Shown: piece after piece, positions 12,084-24,774 of the stretch | How positions within the stretch are numbered: position 1 is the stretch's first letter | Layout of the letters: each line of letters begins with the position of its first letter | Source of the DNA: Anthoceros angustus | Lineage: Eukaryota; Plantae; Anthocerotophyta | DNA length: 64,000 bases | Reading direction: 5' to 3' | Assembly (NCBI GenBank): GCA_010909165.1 | Contig: VJWM01000019.1 | Location: forward strand, 1,488,001-1,552,000 | The notes under the pieces: model-generated | What the model saw: the letters and a program-made list of their open reading frames with translations, nothing else | What the model was told of the DNA's origin: nothing | Databases searched by the model: none | Translations under genes and position numbers: made by a program

Positions 12084-15000
12084 TCAGGCAGCCTCTTCAG
12101 GTTTCTTTCGTTTCTTCGTTTTTTGCAGGCTCTGGTGAGGACGTGCGTCTTTCGCACTGGCAAGCTTTGCTCTCACTTCTTGCAGCTTGGAACTCGCATC
12201 TTGGAACGGTGCTTCAGACCTTTCTGCCAGCAGTTGCTGCAATCCATCCACCACAGTGTATTGTAAGCACACAGACAAACTCAGTTTCTTCCCAGTTCTT
12301 TTCTCAGGAATTCGAAGCAGTTTAGAGCTGGAACAGCAAAGTAAAAACCCAGGATGCACCTTAAAATGTCCCATTGCAGCCAGATTGAAGCCAAGGATGT
12401 CCTTAAGTCCCTGAAAGTGCAACCAAAGAGTTGCTCAACCAAGCTGCCAGGAAAGCACGGACATAAACCTAAGCAAAGACAAGGTCCTCACCTGCACACC
12501 CTGGTGAACGTCCCTTTGCAGAGTAGTCAAAAGAGGACGGGCAGCAGCGGTTGAAGTAAGTTGGTCATGATGAAGACGCAGCAGCAAGGTCGTTATTCGG
12601 CACACAAGTTCCACCTATGACGTGTCCATGGAAAAATGAGAACATACTCAGTGCTCAATACACAGGCTAAAGAGTAGTACACATCACACATACATCAACA
12701 GGAGAGTAGATCACCTGATTTCCTTCCGTAAGCCAATCCTTCAGATATCCCATGAGCTTCAAGACATCAGTGAAGGGTAACGTCTGCATCACAAGCAAAA
12801 CATAAGCAAGAGACACAACAGCAAAAACCAAGCCTAGAAACTTCGTAAGTGATGAAATCAACCCCCAGCAGAAAGTATGAACTACAAGGAGCGACATGTA
12901 CCAAGAGAGCTTGTTCCAGATCACTTGGTCGGACAGCTGATACTGTGCGAAGGACATGGAAGGACGGTGAGTAGCCTAGCAGCATGGGATTCGGCTGAAA
13001 AGGGACCACTTTGCCATCTTTCGACTTCCCTTTCTACAAAGGTACAATCCAATATCAGAATCTGCCTGATGTGAAGCTACCAGCACAATGACAAGAGAAG
13101 GATAATGGCAGCTGCATAAGAGCTATTATGACTTGCCAAATGGTCAAACCTTTGTTTCCTTCGACCGTACTAATTCAACTTCAGCTAAGTCCAAAGCTTC
13201 AATAATAGAGTCCACAGCCATTGTGGTTTCCTTTGATTTCTGACCAACAACACTTGCAGCGCCTTCTTCTGTAAGCTCCCCATCACGACGCTGATCTCTA
13301 GCCTCATCTTGTTCAGATTCAAACAGACTTTCTAGTCTCTTCTCTTTTTCCTCCTGAGAGCAGAATTCAACCGAAATACTGTGTTAACATACAGACTCCA
13401 TTTCTCTTTCAAACATCGTTCATTTTTCTACCACCAGATTATACTAGCACCAAGCAACCATAAGCAGCTTGAGATGTCAACTAGAAGACACGTGCACAAA
13501 AACGGGAGACATACAAGACAGGCTCACCTCAAGGAAAAAGGGCTCATCGGTGCGGTTCCATCTGCGAATTGACCTGTCATGTGACCCCGTGACAAGAAAG
13601 TCACCATAGGTGCTCACAGCCAAGGACCACACTTCTGCATGATGGCCGCCTAGAGTCAGCAGCAATTCAAACTTATCGGCATCCCAATATTTTACAAGGC
13701 GGTCTTTACTGACGCTGAAGAAGTAATGGGTGTTTCGAACAAACTGAATTCCTACAACACTGAAACAGATAGTTGAACAAAAATGTCAGTCTCAGCAGGT
13801 TCCTGAACAGAGTAATCTGCAGATTGCATGAAGATAAGACTAGTCAGAACCTGAAGCTTACAAGTAGAAAGGACAAAAAAGGACCCCAGAATAACATCCT
13901 TACTAGTCAGTGTGCGCGAATAAGGACTTGTGCAAATCTCCGAAATCCATTCCCCAGATCTTAACATTCTTGTCCGCAGAGCCACTTGCAAGTAGTGTTG
14001 CATCGGAGGAGATGTCCATGCAAAGCACAGGGAGCTTATGTCCATACAATTGGAATACAAACTTGAATGAGTCTGCAAGAAAGACCTGCAAATGAAGAGG
14101 AGTTAAGGTGATGCACACCACAACATGGATTGCAAAAGCGCTCTAACATCTGTTCTGTGCCAAGAAAGCCACTGAAACCGGCTCAATACTTGCCCTGATT
14201 TGAGAGTCTTGTTGAGCAACAGCCAGAAATTTTCCATCTGGACTGAACCTTACGCACAGCACATCGCTTTCTTGCATATCAATCCCACCAACAGGTTTGA
14301 TAGTAAGATGCTTCACTGTCTGCAATACAAGATACTCACAACCACAACGTAAGGTGGATTCCATGGGAAACATGACAAATAATGTTGCAGAATTTGTGGC
14401 GTATGATCAGATAAATAACAACAATGATCAAAGCAAGAGATAACATCATACCTCGCCGCTCTCTTGCACCATGTCATATTCCCAAAGTTTAACTTGTTTG
14501 TCGCTACTACCACTGGCAAATCCGGACCCATCGGGTCTTGGCGTGATTGACCATATAGCAGCACTATGAGCATTAATTTTCTTGATGCATTGGGCTGCAT
14601 TAATATCAAAGAGCTCTATTGTCCCCTCTTTGGTCCCAATAACAACATGTTTATCTCCTGGGACAAAAAGACCAGTGACAGCATAGCCTGAATCCATCGT
14701 TCGAATACACTCATATGTGTGTGGATTCCAGATCTTCACCAGATTATGACTCGTTGTCATCAGATAGCTGCCATTTGTACTGAGAACCACGGCTCGAATA
14801 GTTGTCCTGTGGCCCGGGAGCTCAATCACATGTGTGCGAGAAGTTGAATCGGTTTGAAGGTCATGAACTTCTAAACTATTATTGTGCAGAGACACAGCAA
14901 TAGTCCCTCGGATCCCCTTTCTTGATGGAACAGGTGAGAAAGCAAATGATCGGATCTTCTGCTTGGACCGAAATACTTGTAGCAACTCAAACTCATCTGC

Positions 15001-16228
15001 AGCTGAGATCTCTAGAGTCTCACCAGATACCACCTTCTCCTCATGGACCGCATCATCTGCTGGATCGGACCCAGTCTTCACTTTAGCAGCTTTCTCTTGT
15101 TTCCTCTTCTTCCTGCGTTTTGCCTTCTTCACAGCTTCAGACCTGTCCCTAAGTTTGTATATTTCCACACACTTACCAGCCTCTTGACAGCCCAGGAGGG
15201 ATCCAGCTACATTGAAGCGCACAGTAATAACACGTTCAGAACTCTGGCGTTTAACGGTACCAAGAGGCCGTAGCACGTCCCATCTAATTGGTCTGGCCTG
15301 CTTCCCATTCTCAGCTACCTCTCCATGGACTCGTTCTTCAGCATCATTAAATTCATCAGCAATGGAGTACACACGGAGCTCTGGGTCTACTGAGCCAGTG
15401 ACCAGATGATTCTCTGATGGGTCTGCATCAAGAGACCATACTTCCCCATGGTGGTCGACAATAGTCTGGATGCAGTGCTGCGTGTCTAAGTCCCAGACAC
15501 GAACAAAAGTGTCTTTCGAGCAACTCACTAGCCTTCTTCCTTTCTCCAAAAACAATACGTCGCAGACCTGTGGCATCACTCTTAGCACCAATTGACAACA
15601 TTTCACGAAGTATGTTACTTTGCAGTAAAGACTGACGACAATCACAGACAACGCAGCGGTGGGCAGTGAGTTCACAAACCTGATCACGGTGGCCGCGAAG
15701 TCGAACAAGACCTGCCTCAGCCACAGCATCCCAGACAATAATGTCGGTGTCTTTACTGCCTGATGCTATCAGGGAGCCAGTTAAGTTATAGCGCAGGGCA
15801 GTGACTGCTGACTTGTGCCCAGCGAGAGTGGTCTCCGACGTGCCCTTGACGATGTCCCAAATCCTGATAGAGCCATCACTATAGCCCACCGCCACCTTAC
15901 ACAAACATAACAGGAATGCATCAGCAATTTAATCCAGGCTTGGCAGAAAATCCAGGCTCAGTCAATCCTGACCGAAGAAACTTACCAGAGAATCCGCCGA
16001 CGGCATGCAGGCTATGGAGGTGACCGCAGGGAGAGCAGCTCCAGACCCCGACCCAGCGGGCGATAATTTTTGCACGCATTTGCCCTGCCGGACATTCCAC
16101 ACCTCGAACTGCTCCAAAGCTCCCACAAGCAGGAGCTTTCCTGTATTGTCGTAGCAGACGTTGGATGCCGGAGACACCACCACACCGAAAGCGGCGTCAT
16201 GCTCGTACCTCAGGTAGGCCTTCACCAT
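12084..16228 (-). CDS. WDR3: WD-repeat U3 snoRNP / SSU processome protein WDR3 (Dip2/Utp12), multi-exon
   Basis: Start [17 protein letters not shown]; WD repeats [44 protein letters not shown]; C-terminus [31 protein letters not shown] matches plant Dip2/Utp12. Confidence 0.95.
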
Positions 16229-16678
16229 GGCCACCAATTCTCTGGACAGTTTGCCTCTCTGTTAATGCATATATACACAAATTTCCGATTGCAGCTCGGT
16301 ACTCTGCCTTGGAGCCTTAAACCCTTCTAAAACCTTTAGGTCACAAAGCAGTCCCCAACGACCAGAAAGCCGGCCCGGCTACTGGAGCTCCGATGACGAG
16401 GAAGCGTACGCACGCTGCAAAATCTCCTCAAGCAGAAGAGACCAACCCACCGAAGGCAACGTCATTTTCGCACTTCAAGTAGGCTTTCGCTTCAACTCCC
16501 AAGTTCCTGGAAGAGATGCCTTCCTTTTCAGTGCCTATGAAATCGCTGCAGAGATGCCTTCCTTTATAGTGCTTATGTATGCATAGATGCCTATAGCCTA
16601 GTCAAGTCTGGTACTTTGCATACGAGTCTTATACCCTTCCACAGCCTTTAGGTCACCAGGTAGGCCGTGACAACGTCG
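16229..16678. promoter_or_regulatory. 450-bp divergent (bidirectional) spacer between WDR3 and BCCIP
   Basis: Head-to-head ATGs at 16228 (-) and 16679 (+). Contains a tandem 28-bp duplication at 16512-16539 and 16550-16577 (25/28 identical). Confidence 0.6.
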
Positions 16679-17722
16679 ATGCCGGCTCCTGCAGCTCCAA
16701 TGGGGAAGAAGCGGAAGCAGGTGGAAAAGCCGTCTGAAGAAAAGTTCGAATCGGAATCTGGAGAGGCGGAATCAGAGTCAGCAGAGGCAAAATCGGAGTC
16801 CGGAGAGGCAGAATCGGGGTCCGGAGAGGGAGAATCGGATTCAGGAGAAGCAGAGTCCGAGTCCGAGTCCGAGTCCGGAGAATCCTCACCGGAGCCTGAG
16901 TCCGAGTCCGACTCCCAGGACGGGTCAGAGGCGGAGGAGATTGTGAATGTGGACTTCGAGTTCTTCGACCCCAAGCAGGAGGACTTTCACGGCGTCAAGG
17001 CGCTGCTCAAAGTGTACCTGGACGACACGAATTGGGATCTTTCAGGATTTGTGGACGTGGTGCTAGCTCAGACAACCGTGGGAAGTGTGATCAAGACAGT
17101 GGACGAGGACACTCCCATCGGAGTTGTCACGGCTCTTAATCTTGCCAGATACGGGAATTCGGCGTGCCTGAAGCAGGTGCGGGAGTACCTGCTGAAGCAC
17201 AGTAGCAACAAGCCGGAGGTGCTGGCTCTCTGGGACCAGACAAGGGCCAAGCACGTAGGCTTGATTGTTAGCGAACGCGTCATCAACGTCCCCGTTGAGC
17301 TCGTTACTCCCTTGTTCGAAGGCTTGTTCGATGAGATTGGCTGGGCCGTGACGGATGAGCCCACACAGGAGCTGCGGAAGTCGTTCAAGTTCAAGCGCTA
17401 CTTGATTTTGACAAGGGTGTATGAAGAGATCCCTGCCAACTTAACTAGGGGATCGTCTCACAAGAAGAAGGGGAAGAAGCTGAAAGCCGTAGTGCTTTCG
17501 GAGGTACCTTCATCTCAAAGTCCGCTCATATATGCTAAAGTGGAGGACGAGATTTTCCATGCTTTGAGCTCCTGGTCGTTCACCTTTCCTGTCAAGGCAG
17601 AGGCACTAGCTGCGCACGAATCCAAAGGAATGAGACAATTGCGGCTTGTGATGGAAGTAGATGCTTCCAAAATTCCAACCTTCAGGACGAAGTTGAAGGA
17701 CCTTTGCGATACAGGAGTTTAA
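16679..17722 (+). CDS. BCCIP: BCCIP/Bcp1 homolog, single coding exon, acidic ESGEAES-repeat N-terminus
   Basis: Uninterrupted ORF with VNVDFEFFDPKQEDFHGVKALL, QTTVGSVIK, GLIVSERVINVP, YAKVEDEIF. The start could instead be ATG 16700. Confidence 0.92.
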   Translation: MPAPAAPMGKKRKQVEKPSEEKFESESGEAESESAEAKSESGEAESGSGEGESDSGEAESESESESGESSPEPESESDSQDGSEAEEIVNVDFEFFDPKQEDFHGVKALLKVYLDDTNWDLSGFVDVVLAQTTVGSVIKTVDEDTPIGVVTALNLARYGNSACLKQVREYLLKHSSNKPEVLALWDQTRAKHVGLIVSERVINVPVELVTPLFEGLFDEIGWAVTDEPTQELRKSFKFKRYLILTRVYEEIPANLTRGSSHKKKGKKLKAVVLSEVPSSQSPLIYAKVEDEIFHALSSWSFTFPVKAEALAAHESKGMRQLRLVMEVDASKIPTFRTKLKDLCDTGV

Positions 17723-17892
17723 GTTTATCTTGGGATAGTTGCTATTGTACACACTCAGTCTTCAAAGGGAGGATTGTTTAACTAGTAAAGACTAAAACTT
17801 AGAGGACAGGTGGTCACAATTACAGACTGAGCCATAGGGAATTTTACAAGGGGTAAAACGCCTCCGAATTCACAAGCCGGACATCAAGGGCT

Positions 17893-20800
17893 TCAACCCT
17901 CGAAGTCGTCATCCTCACTTGCACTCTCAATCTCATCGTCACTGTCGCCCAGATCAACATACTGGGCAGGTCGGGTTGTTCTCCTGGGGCGAGCTTCAAC
18001 TGGGGCCGGGGCGAAATCTGGGACCGATGTCGGCTTGGGCATGTTCTTGGTCACAGAAGCACTCTTCTTGTTGAAAGGTGAAATTCGAAGCTTCCTGACT
18101 TTAACCTCCGGAGGCTTCACGGCTGGAACCTCGTCCAGGGATGTAGCTTCATCTTCCGAAGTCAGGTCAGTAACTGCTGCCTTCTTTCCTCGCTTCTGGC
18201 CAGCTGCTTTGGTTGCTGGCGCCTTAGCTTTGGGCGCTGCAGCTGCCTTCTTTGCAGCTGGCTTCCTGCCCTTGACGGCTACGGGGCTTGATTCCTTCTC
18301 TTTAACGGGATCGAAGTCATCCTCACTGTCTGATATCACCTGTGCCTTCCTCCCCTTTCCTGTTGCCTGTCTCTTGGGAGCTGCCTTTTTGGGAGATTCT
18401 TCTGAATTGTCCTCAGAAGCCTCTTCAACGTCAGACAGCTCGTGTCCAAAAGTTGGCACCTCCAAGTTGGCGTCTTCATCATCTGACAAAGACGTAACCT
18501 CAGTTGTGACAAGTGGGTTAGCTGCTGCTCCGGTAGTCGGAACATCACCTGCGGGAAAGGATTACCACATTGTAAGACTTGATACAAACGACTAGTTACG
18601 GTGGGCAATTCGGGATAAGCTGCAAATTCATCCAACAACGCACCTGCATCCTTCCTGGAATAAGCAGCCAAACGGTCACGCAAGCTGACGCCGAGACCTT
18701 CGTCTTCAGTATCACTATCCGCTGCCGGGCGTGAAGCCTGAAACCAAGTTCAGTCAGTGTTTACTGATCCCCCCTTATGCAAGACACACTACAATAGCCC
18801 ACGGTCCTCACCTGGGCCTTCGTAGCTCCCTTCTGTCGACCACCTTGCCCTGATGCAGCGCTTTCTGCAAGACAGCATAGTTGCCATAGCCTGTGTTAGT
18901 GGGCCGCATAATTTGATTCAGTGTTTCACTGACTGGACACTGATGACGACTGCCAACTTACTCTTCGGAACGGCAGCGGTGGCAGTGGGAGGCTTTGGAT
19001 CTGCTTTCTTGGCTTTTGTCTCCTTCTTAACAGCCTTGCGCTTGAAAGCAGCAGCACCCTCGTTGGCCATGTGTTTCAAGTCGTACTCTTCCTCCTTAGC
19101 CTCCTCGAGCTCTTGTGCCTGCACACCAATCGTTAGTGCAAACCTTCAATGACCGAGTCCTGGCTACCGGCCTACCTTCCTGTAAAACCGCATGGGGCAA
19201 CAGAACGTACATCTAGCTGCTCAATGAATTGGTCCAGATCCTTCTCCCAGAGAGAACTGGGCGAGCTGCTCTTCAAAGCTTCAACATCCGCCTCTGTTTT
19301 TTCCTTCTGCTGAATCAACTCCTGTACTTTCTCCCAGGTAAGAGTACCAATGGCCATAGACAGCAGATACTCATAGTCCCCAGCACGGGAAACATTGCCG
19401 TCCAACTCATTGGCCTCTTCACCTTCGGGATTGTCTTCTGCCCCAGCTACTCTCGGTTCCGCGTTCTTCACCTTCTTGGGAAATGGTGTGAATCCTTTCC
19501 TCTTCAGTTCTTCCAGCAGGTCGGCGCGCTTCCTGTTGCTCACAACAACCTCCCCCTTCACCACTGCCAGAATAAACCGAACTTTGTTGTCGATTTTCCG
19601 GAGCTCCAGTTGGAGATTGCTGAGCTGCACAGCCTGTTGTAGTGACATACGCTCAATGTTATTAACGTTCGAATGACGGATGTATTAAGCAACGGCAAAT
19701 TGCATCACATCAGCTCACCTTGCGCTTAACGTAGAAGTCGAACCGAATGTGGTAGAACGCCTCCAAGACTGTATTCTAGTCAAGTACAACAGAGATGATC
19801 TCCCTAGGTAAGAGAACCAAACGAATCACGATTAAGATTATAGAATGCATGTGTTGAGGATACTTTGCTCCGGAGTGTCATATTTCTGAATAATTCCCTG
19901 GGCGTCAAACAGATGCATGTTGCTCGTACTGATAGTGGTTGTCAGCTTAAATTTCTTGGTAAGCCCTTCCTGTAAGGCCAGTGCCATGTTCTCTTCGGAG
20001 AGGGAAACCTCGAAATGAACTCGGGTATCTGTGTTGTGTTCTCTGTAGTCCTGTTACAAACATGTGTTCGTCAGATAATGCTAAACCCAGGCTGTATACA
20101 AGTTCCATGGACTGTGCACGAACCTTTATGAAAGGCTCTTTGATCTTCTCAGTTCCAACCATCAAGCCCTCCAGAAATTCCTTGTAGTCCTGGGTCCACT
20201 TCCGCACAGGCAATTCAGATATTTTCAAGGTAGTTTCATTCACTTCTTCAATGACACCAGTGATGGTGTATGACACGCCAGTGTCCTTCGTGGCAGAACG
20301 CTCCACCGTTCCCTGCTCCAGGGAAGGTTAAGGCCGACGTGGAGTCAATAATCGACGATTGGATTACGTGAATTCCATCTGCAAATTGAAAGAGGTTTAT
20401 TACCTTGAAACCTTTGTACCAAGGGTCCATCGGCTCCATGGGCTGGCCAGCCAGAAGGCGTCTTATGTTGGCGACAATATCACGGGGGTTGTAGTTGGGC
20501 ACAAACGAGCTCCACCCTGTCCCAATACCTTCACTCCCGTTTACGAGGACCAGTGGCAAAATCGGAACATACCTGTGAATACAGCACCGTCAGTCATGCA
20601 TGGGATCCACAACGACAGAAAAGTAATTCATTTAGACCTGTGGGGTACACTGACCAACTTGGCTCAACCGACTGCCCGTCGTCCGTGAGGTAATTTAGCA
20701 GTATGTCATCGGCCTCTGGGAAGATGCAACGAGTGAGCGGGGCGAGACACGTGAACACGTATCGGGCGCTGGCAGCATCCTTCCCTCCCTGCAGTCAGAT

Positions 20801-23800
20801 AGTGTGAAGCTTCGAACAGGATATAGACAGGTTTTCTGTGTTCACAAATGTGGTCAGGAAAGCTTGCCTGATTCCGAGTCCCAAACTGACCCACAGGCTG
20901 AAAGAGGTTGATATTGTTGCTACCAACAAAGTTCTGAGCCATGCCAATGATTGTGGTCTGAATATTCGTCTCCCCATGATGATAGGCTGATTGCTCCGAA
21001 ACGAAACCAGAAAACTGTGCAACCTGCATGGCCGACGGAGGAGGCTGAAATTTGGAAGAAAGATTCGGAAAACCAATCTGTGTCACTAACAACATTCCTG
21101 CTCAATCATACCTTGGCTTGCTTTACAAATTTCCGCTTGAACGAGCAAAATAGAATTTTTCGTTGACCTGGCTTTAGCCCATCAACCATAGACGGGATAG
21201 ATCTTGACAGGTCAGCCATAGAGAAAAGTATCAACTCCTTGTTGACAAAGTCGCTGTACTTAATGGGGCCCCCACTTTGATCAAGGAATGTACCCGGCTT
21301 TGAGATACAATCCGAAAAAACAGAGTCAGATACGACGGATAGTTTAGGCAGCAGGGAAATCCGAATCATGCATTCATACCCTAAACTGGCGTAGCCAGCT
21401 TTTGCGTGCATCAATTTTTTTCTTGCTGAATGCCATTTCGATGGCCTCGCCATCCCCTTCATCCTCCCATGTGAAATCCTTCTTATGCCGAACCAGATCC
21501 CGGAAATACTCCTTGCCCTCCTTAGAAGTACTTGTTCCCAGACCCTGTGTTTGGCATGACAGAATTAAGGCTGTTTCGAAGCCGGGCCTAGATTCTACCC
21601 TGGAAGAAGAAACAAGCGCGGACCTTATAGTACTTGATTGTCCACCCTTTCGTGTCGCCATTAAGGGATTCCTTCCATGCTTCGTACTCCGGAAGAGTGT
21701 AGAAAGCAAGCACTCTACCACCCTTGTGTGTAGCCTGAAGTCAGGAGCAACACCAAATCTAAGCTTCGAAGTATGACAACAGGAATTGAAGGCATGTCAT
21801 AAAGCAGTCTCCAGTACAGGGAAGAGATGTTCGAACCTTCACGATTGGTGTTATGAACTCTACAAGGAACTGTGGAACTTTCAAGAGGGAAGGCCAGAAT
21901 GTATGGATGAAGTTGATGAGAAGACCTTTGATGTGAGAGCCATCGTGATCCTGCAAAGTTTGAGGGAGAAATTCAGAACAGCAGAGCGGCTGCAACTAAG
22001 AACTTTCTGGGAAAAAAAAAAACCTGTATCACGTGAGCGCGCCAGCGAGTCAAACCTGATCGGTCATGATCATAAGGTGGCCATAGCGCAAAGTTTTGGT
22101 GCTGTCATAATCTTTACCATGCTGCAACCCAAGTATACGCTTTATGTTATTGATCTCAGCATTCTCCATTATCTGCTTGTGTGTTGCTTCTCGAACATTG
22201 AGCAGCTTGCCACGAAGTGGAAAGACGCCATATCTGTTACGTCCAACCACACTGATTCCTGCCATCTGCAAAAGCCGACGGAGTTCGCACAGTTAAGAGT
22301 CCAGTACAGTTCAGAGATATCTGGCAAAAGAAATTCATAGACGTAATCTCACAGCAAACGATTTTGCTGAATCTCCTTCGGTGAGAATTAAGGTGCAGCT
22401 CTCTGAATTTCTTCCACCGGCATCATTTGCATCATCCAGCTTTGGAATTCCAGTAAGCCGCTGACGCTTAGCTCCGTCATTTTTCTTGAGCTCCTTGCTT
22501 TGTTTGAAGTCTGCCCAGGAAAGGACATTCTCCACAATACCACATCTCGCAACTGTCCAGTCTCCACAGTAAGAATTGCAACTTGACGCAGAAACCTGTG
22601 AATCAAAGCAAAAGCGGGGAGAAATCCCTGGGCCTACCATCCTTCAGAAACTTCTGCGAGAGTTCACACTTGGAACCAAAACTTCCCTGACGAGTTGTCA
22701 AGGTCTCTTTGGTCTGGGAATCAAATGCTGGGTTGTCAATGAGAGAATTGACAAAAACCCACAGGTGATTGCGGATCTGGAAATTCTTCACGCCTGCATT
22801 CTTGTTCTTCTTCAACACCAAGGCCAGCACATGGCTGACAATCTGATCCGCTACATACTGCACATGACTTCCACCTTTTATCGTTGCGATGCTGTTCACA
22901 AAGCTCACCTGCAACAGAAAGACGTCTATTTGAGGGTGCCAGAGCATCCTAATCCATGAGGAACATCAAACCTCAAGATTGCTGTTTCAAAATCAGCGAG
23001 CTTACTTGCTGGAACTGGCCATCACTAAGACTGACACAAACTTCCCAGCGATCATTCACTCGCTCATATATCCTGCAGCCGTAATTCGCAGTGATGCCAC
23101 AACAACCTCTTGCATTTCAAATCCAAACAGAATGCCCAGAAACGTAACGGAGCATCCATCCAACCTGACAGGAGTATCCTCCTCCTTCCCTGTCGACGCC
23201 AGATACAAACTGACATAATCGCTGAAGGACTTGATGGGCAGCTTCTGACCATTGAGTTCAACTTTCACTGTCTTCCCGAGACAGCCAGAAATATCCACAA
23301 CACGCTTGCTCATCAGAGCCACCACATCAGCCTCCAGGTGGGTCATATTAAACTTGGCAAGGTCTGGCTTGAAAGTCACTTTGGTCCAGTTCTCAGAAGC
23401 CTTGCATTTCTCAATAACGGGATCGGACTTCTCCGACATGTTAGAACTAAAGACCTGTCCACAACAAGATCCCATCAGCCCCCAAACAATTCAAACACCA
23501 AGACATCAACAACAATAACGAAAGGGAGGAAATGCACAGAAATCCCCACCTGCTTGTACTTCCGCATGCGCTTCCCATCCGCAGTCTCGATGACAAACTG
23601 CTGCGAGAAAATGTTGGCCAGCTTAGCCCCGTACCCGTTGCGCCCGCCGGTGGTTTTCTTCTCACTGTCATCATAGTTGCTACTGGTAAGCAGGTGCCCG
23701 AAGATCATCTCGGGCACATACACGCCCTCCTCCTGGTGAATTTCCACGGGCACCCCGGCGCCGTTGTTGTACACGCTGATGCAGTTCTGCTCCACGTCGA

Positions 23801-24305
23801 TGCTCACCTTGACGGAGTCCATGGAGGGGTCCCGCTGCTTGTTGTCCGCCGCGTTCACAAGAATCTCATCAAAAATCTTGTACAAACCAGGCACGTAGGA
23901 CACATTCCGCTGCACCATCTTCCCGTCCTCGTACACCCACAGCAGCTGCGTGTGCTTCTCCACGCTCCCGACGTAGGTGTCCGGGCGCAGCAGAATGTGC
24001 TCCAGCTGCGACTTCTTCTGGTACATCTCCTCTATCGTCTTCCCATTGTGCGCCAGCAGCGGTGCGGGCGCCGGCGCCTCCCCCGCCTCCACATTGAAGG
24101 CGGAGCTGGACTGCAGAGGCCGGGCCACCTTCTTGGCCGCGGGCGCCTTCCCGGCCTTGGCCTTGGCGACCTGGAGCACCACAAGGCCAAAAACCGGTCA
24201 CCGAAACGCAGCATTTCACAAGAATATGCAGCTGCCTGCTAGCAGCCCACCCACCTTCTTCACCACGGCCCCGACATTCTCCTGGTCAAGCAAGGCTTCC
24301 ATCAT
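17893..24305 (-). CDS. TOP2: DNA topoisomerase II (type IIA), many exons
   Basis: KKSQLEHILLRPDTYVGS, DEILVNAADN, GGRNGYGAKL, LILTEGDSAK, PLRGKLLNV, IMTDQD, YYKGLGTS, GKDAASARY, NGSEGIGTGWS; acidic/basic C-terminal tail ending at TGA 17893-17895. Short first exon MMEALLDQENVGAVVKK. Confidence 0.98.
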
Positions 24306-24774
24306 GGTTGCAAAGAAAGCCTGTCAGCAGAGCAGAAATTTCGTGGCGCTGCAGAAACGCGAAGAGAGGAATGCGAGCGGGAGAGCGGGAAGGCGCGATG
24401 GCGAAGCGCCGCGCTTAAATCCCAGCGGCCCAGGCAAGCGTGGTGCCTGCAGGGAAGACAGACAAACAAGAGAAGACACGCAAATGAACAGGAGACGGAG
24501 GCGACAATGGAGCCCAGAGCCTGCTCTATACTCGCCTCCAAAACCTCCAAACAAGCTCTTCAAATTTTGAATTTGGTGACCTGCCCGAAAATCATGTGAC
24601 CGTTATCACTATATGGACTGTATCACATGCAAAGTTTGAAAACATATCCTACATAACTTGTACAACTCAGGAACTCACCCCGTGAAGGGAAGGACAGAAT
24701 CTTGGGAGACGCTGCAGCATCAAAGCCCTGAGCATCTACCCTTAGACGCCGTCTGTTGGCATGCTAGCCGGCGT

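Noticed and set aside
16648-16974. Minus-strand SPDSDS-rich ORFs
   Set aside because: Antisense shadow of the BCCIP acidic repeat.
23532-24242. 236-aa plus-strand ORF (and 18035-18595)
   Set aside because: Antisense to GC3-rich TOP2 exons; no independent motifs.
24330-24600. E2F-like (TTCCCGC) words upstream of TOP2
   Set aside because: Only near-matches in GC-rich sequence; not distinguishable from background.
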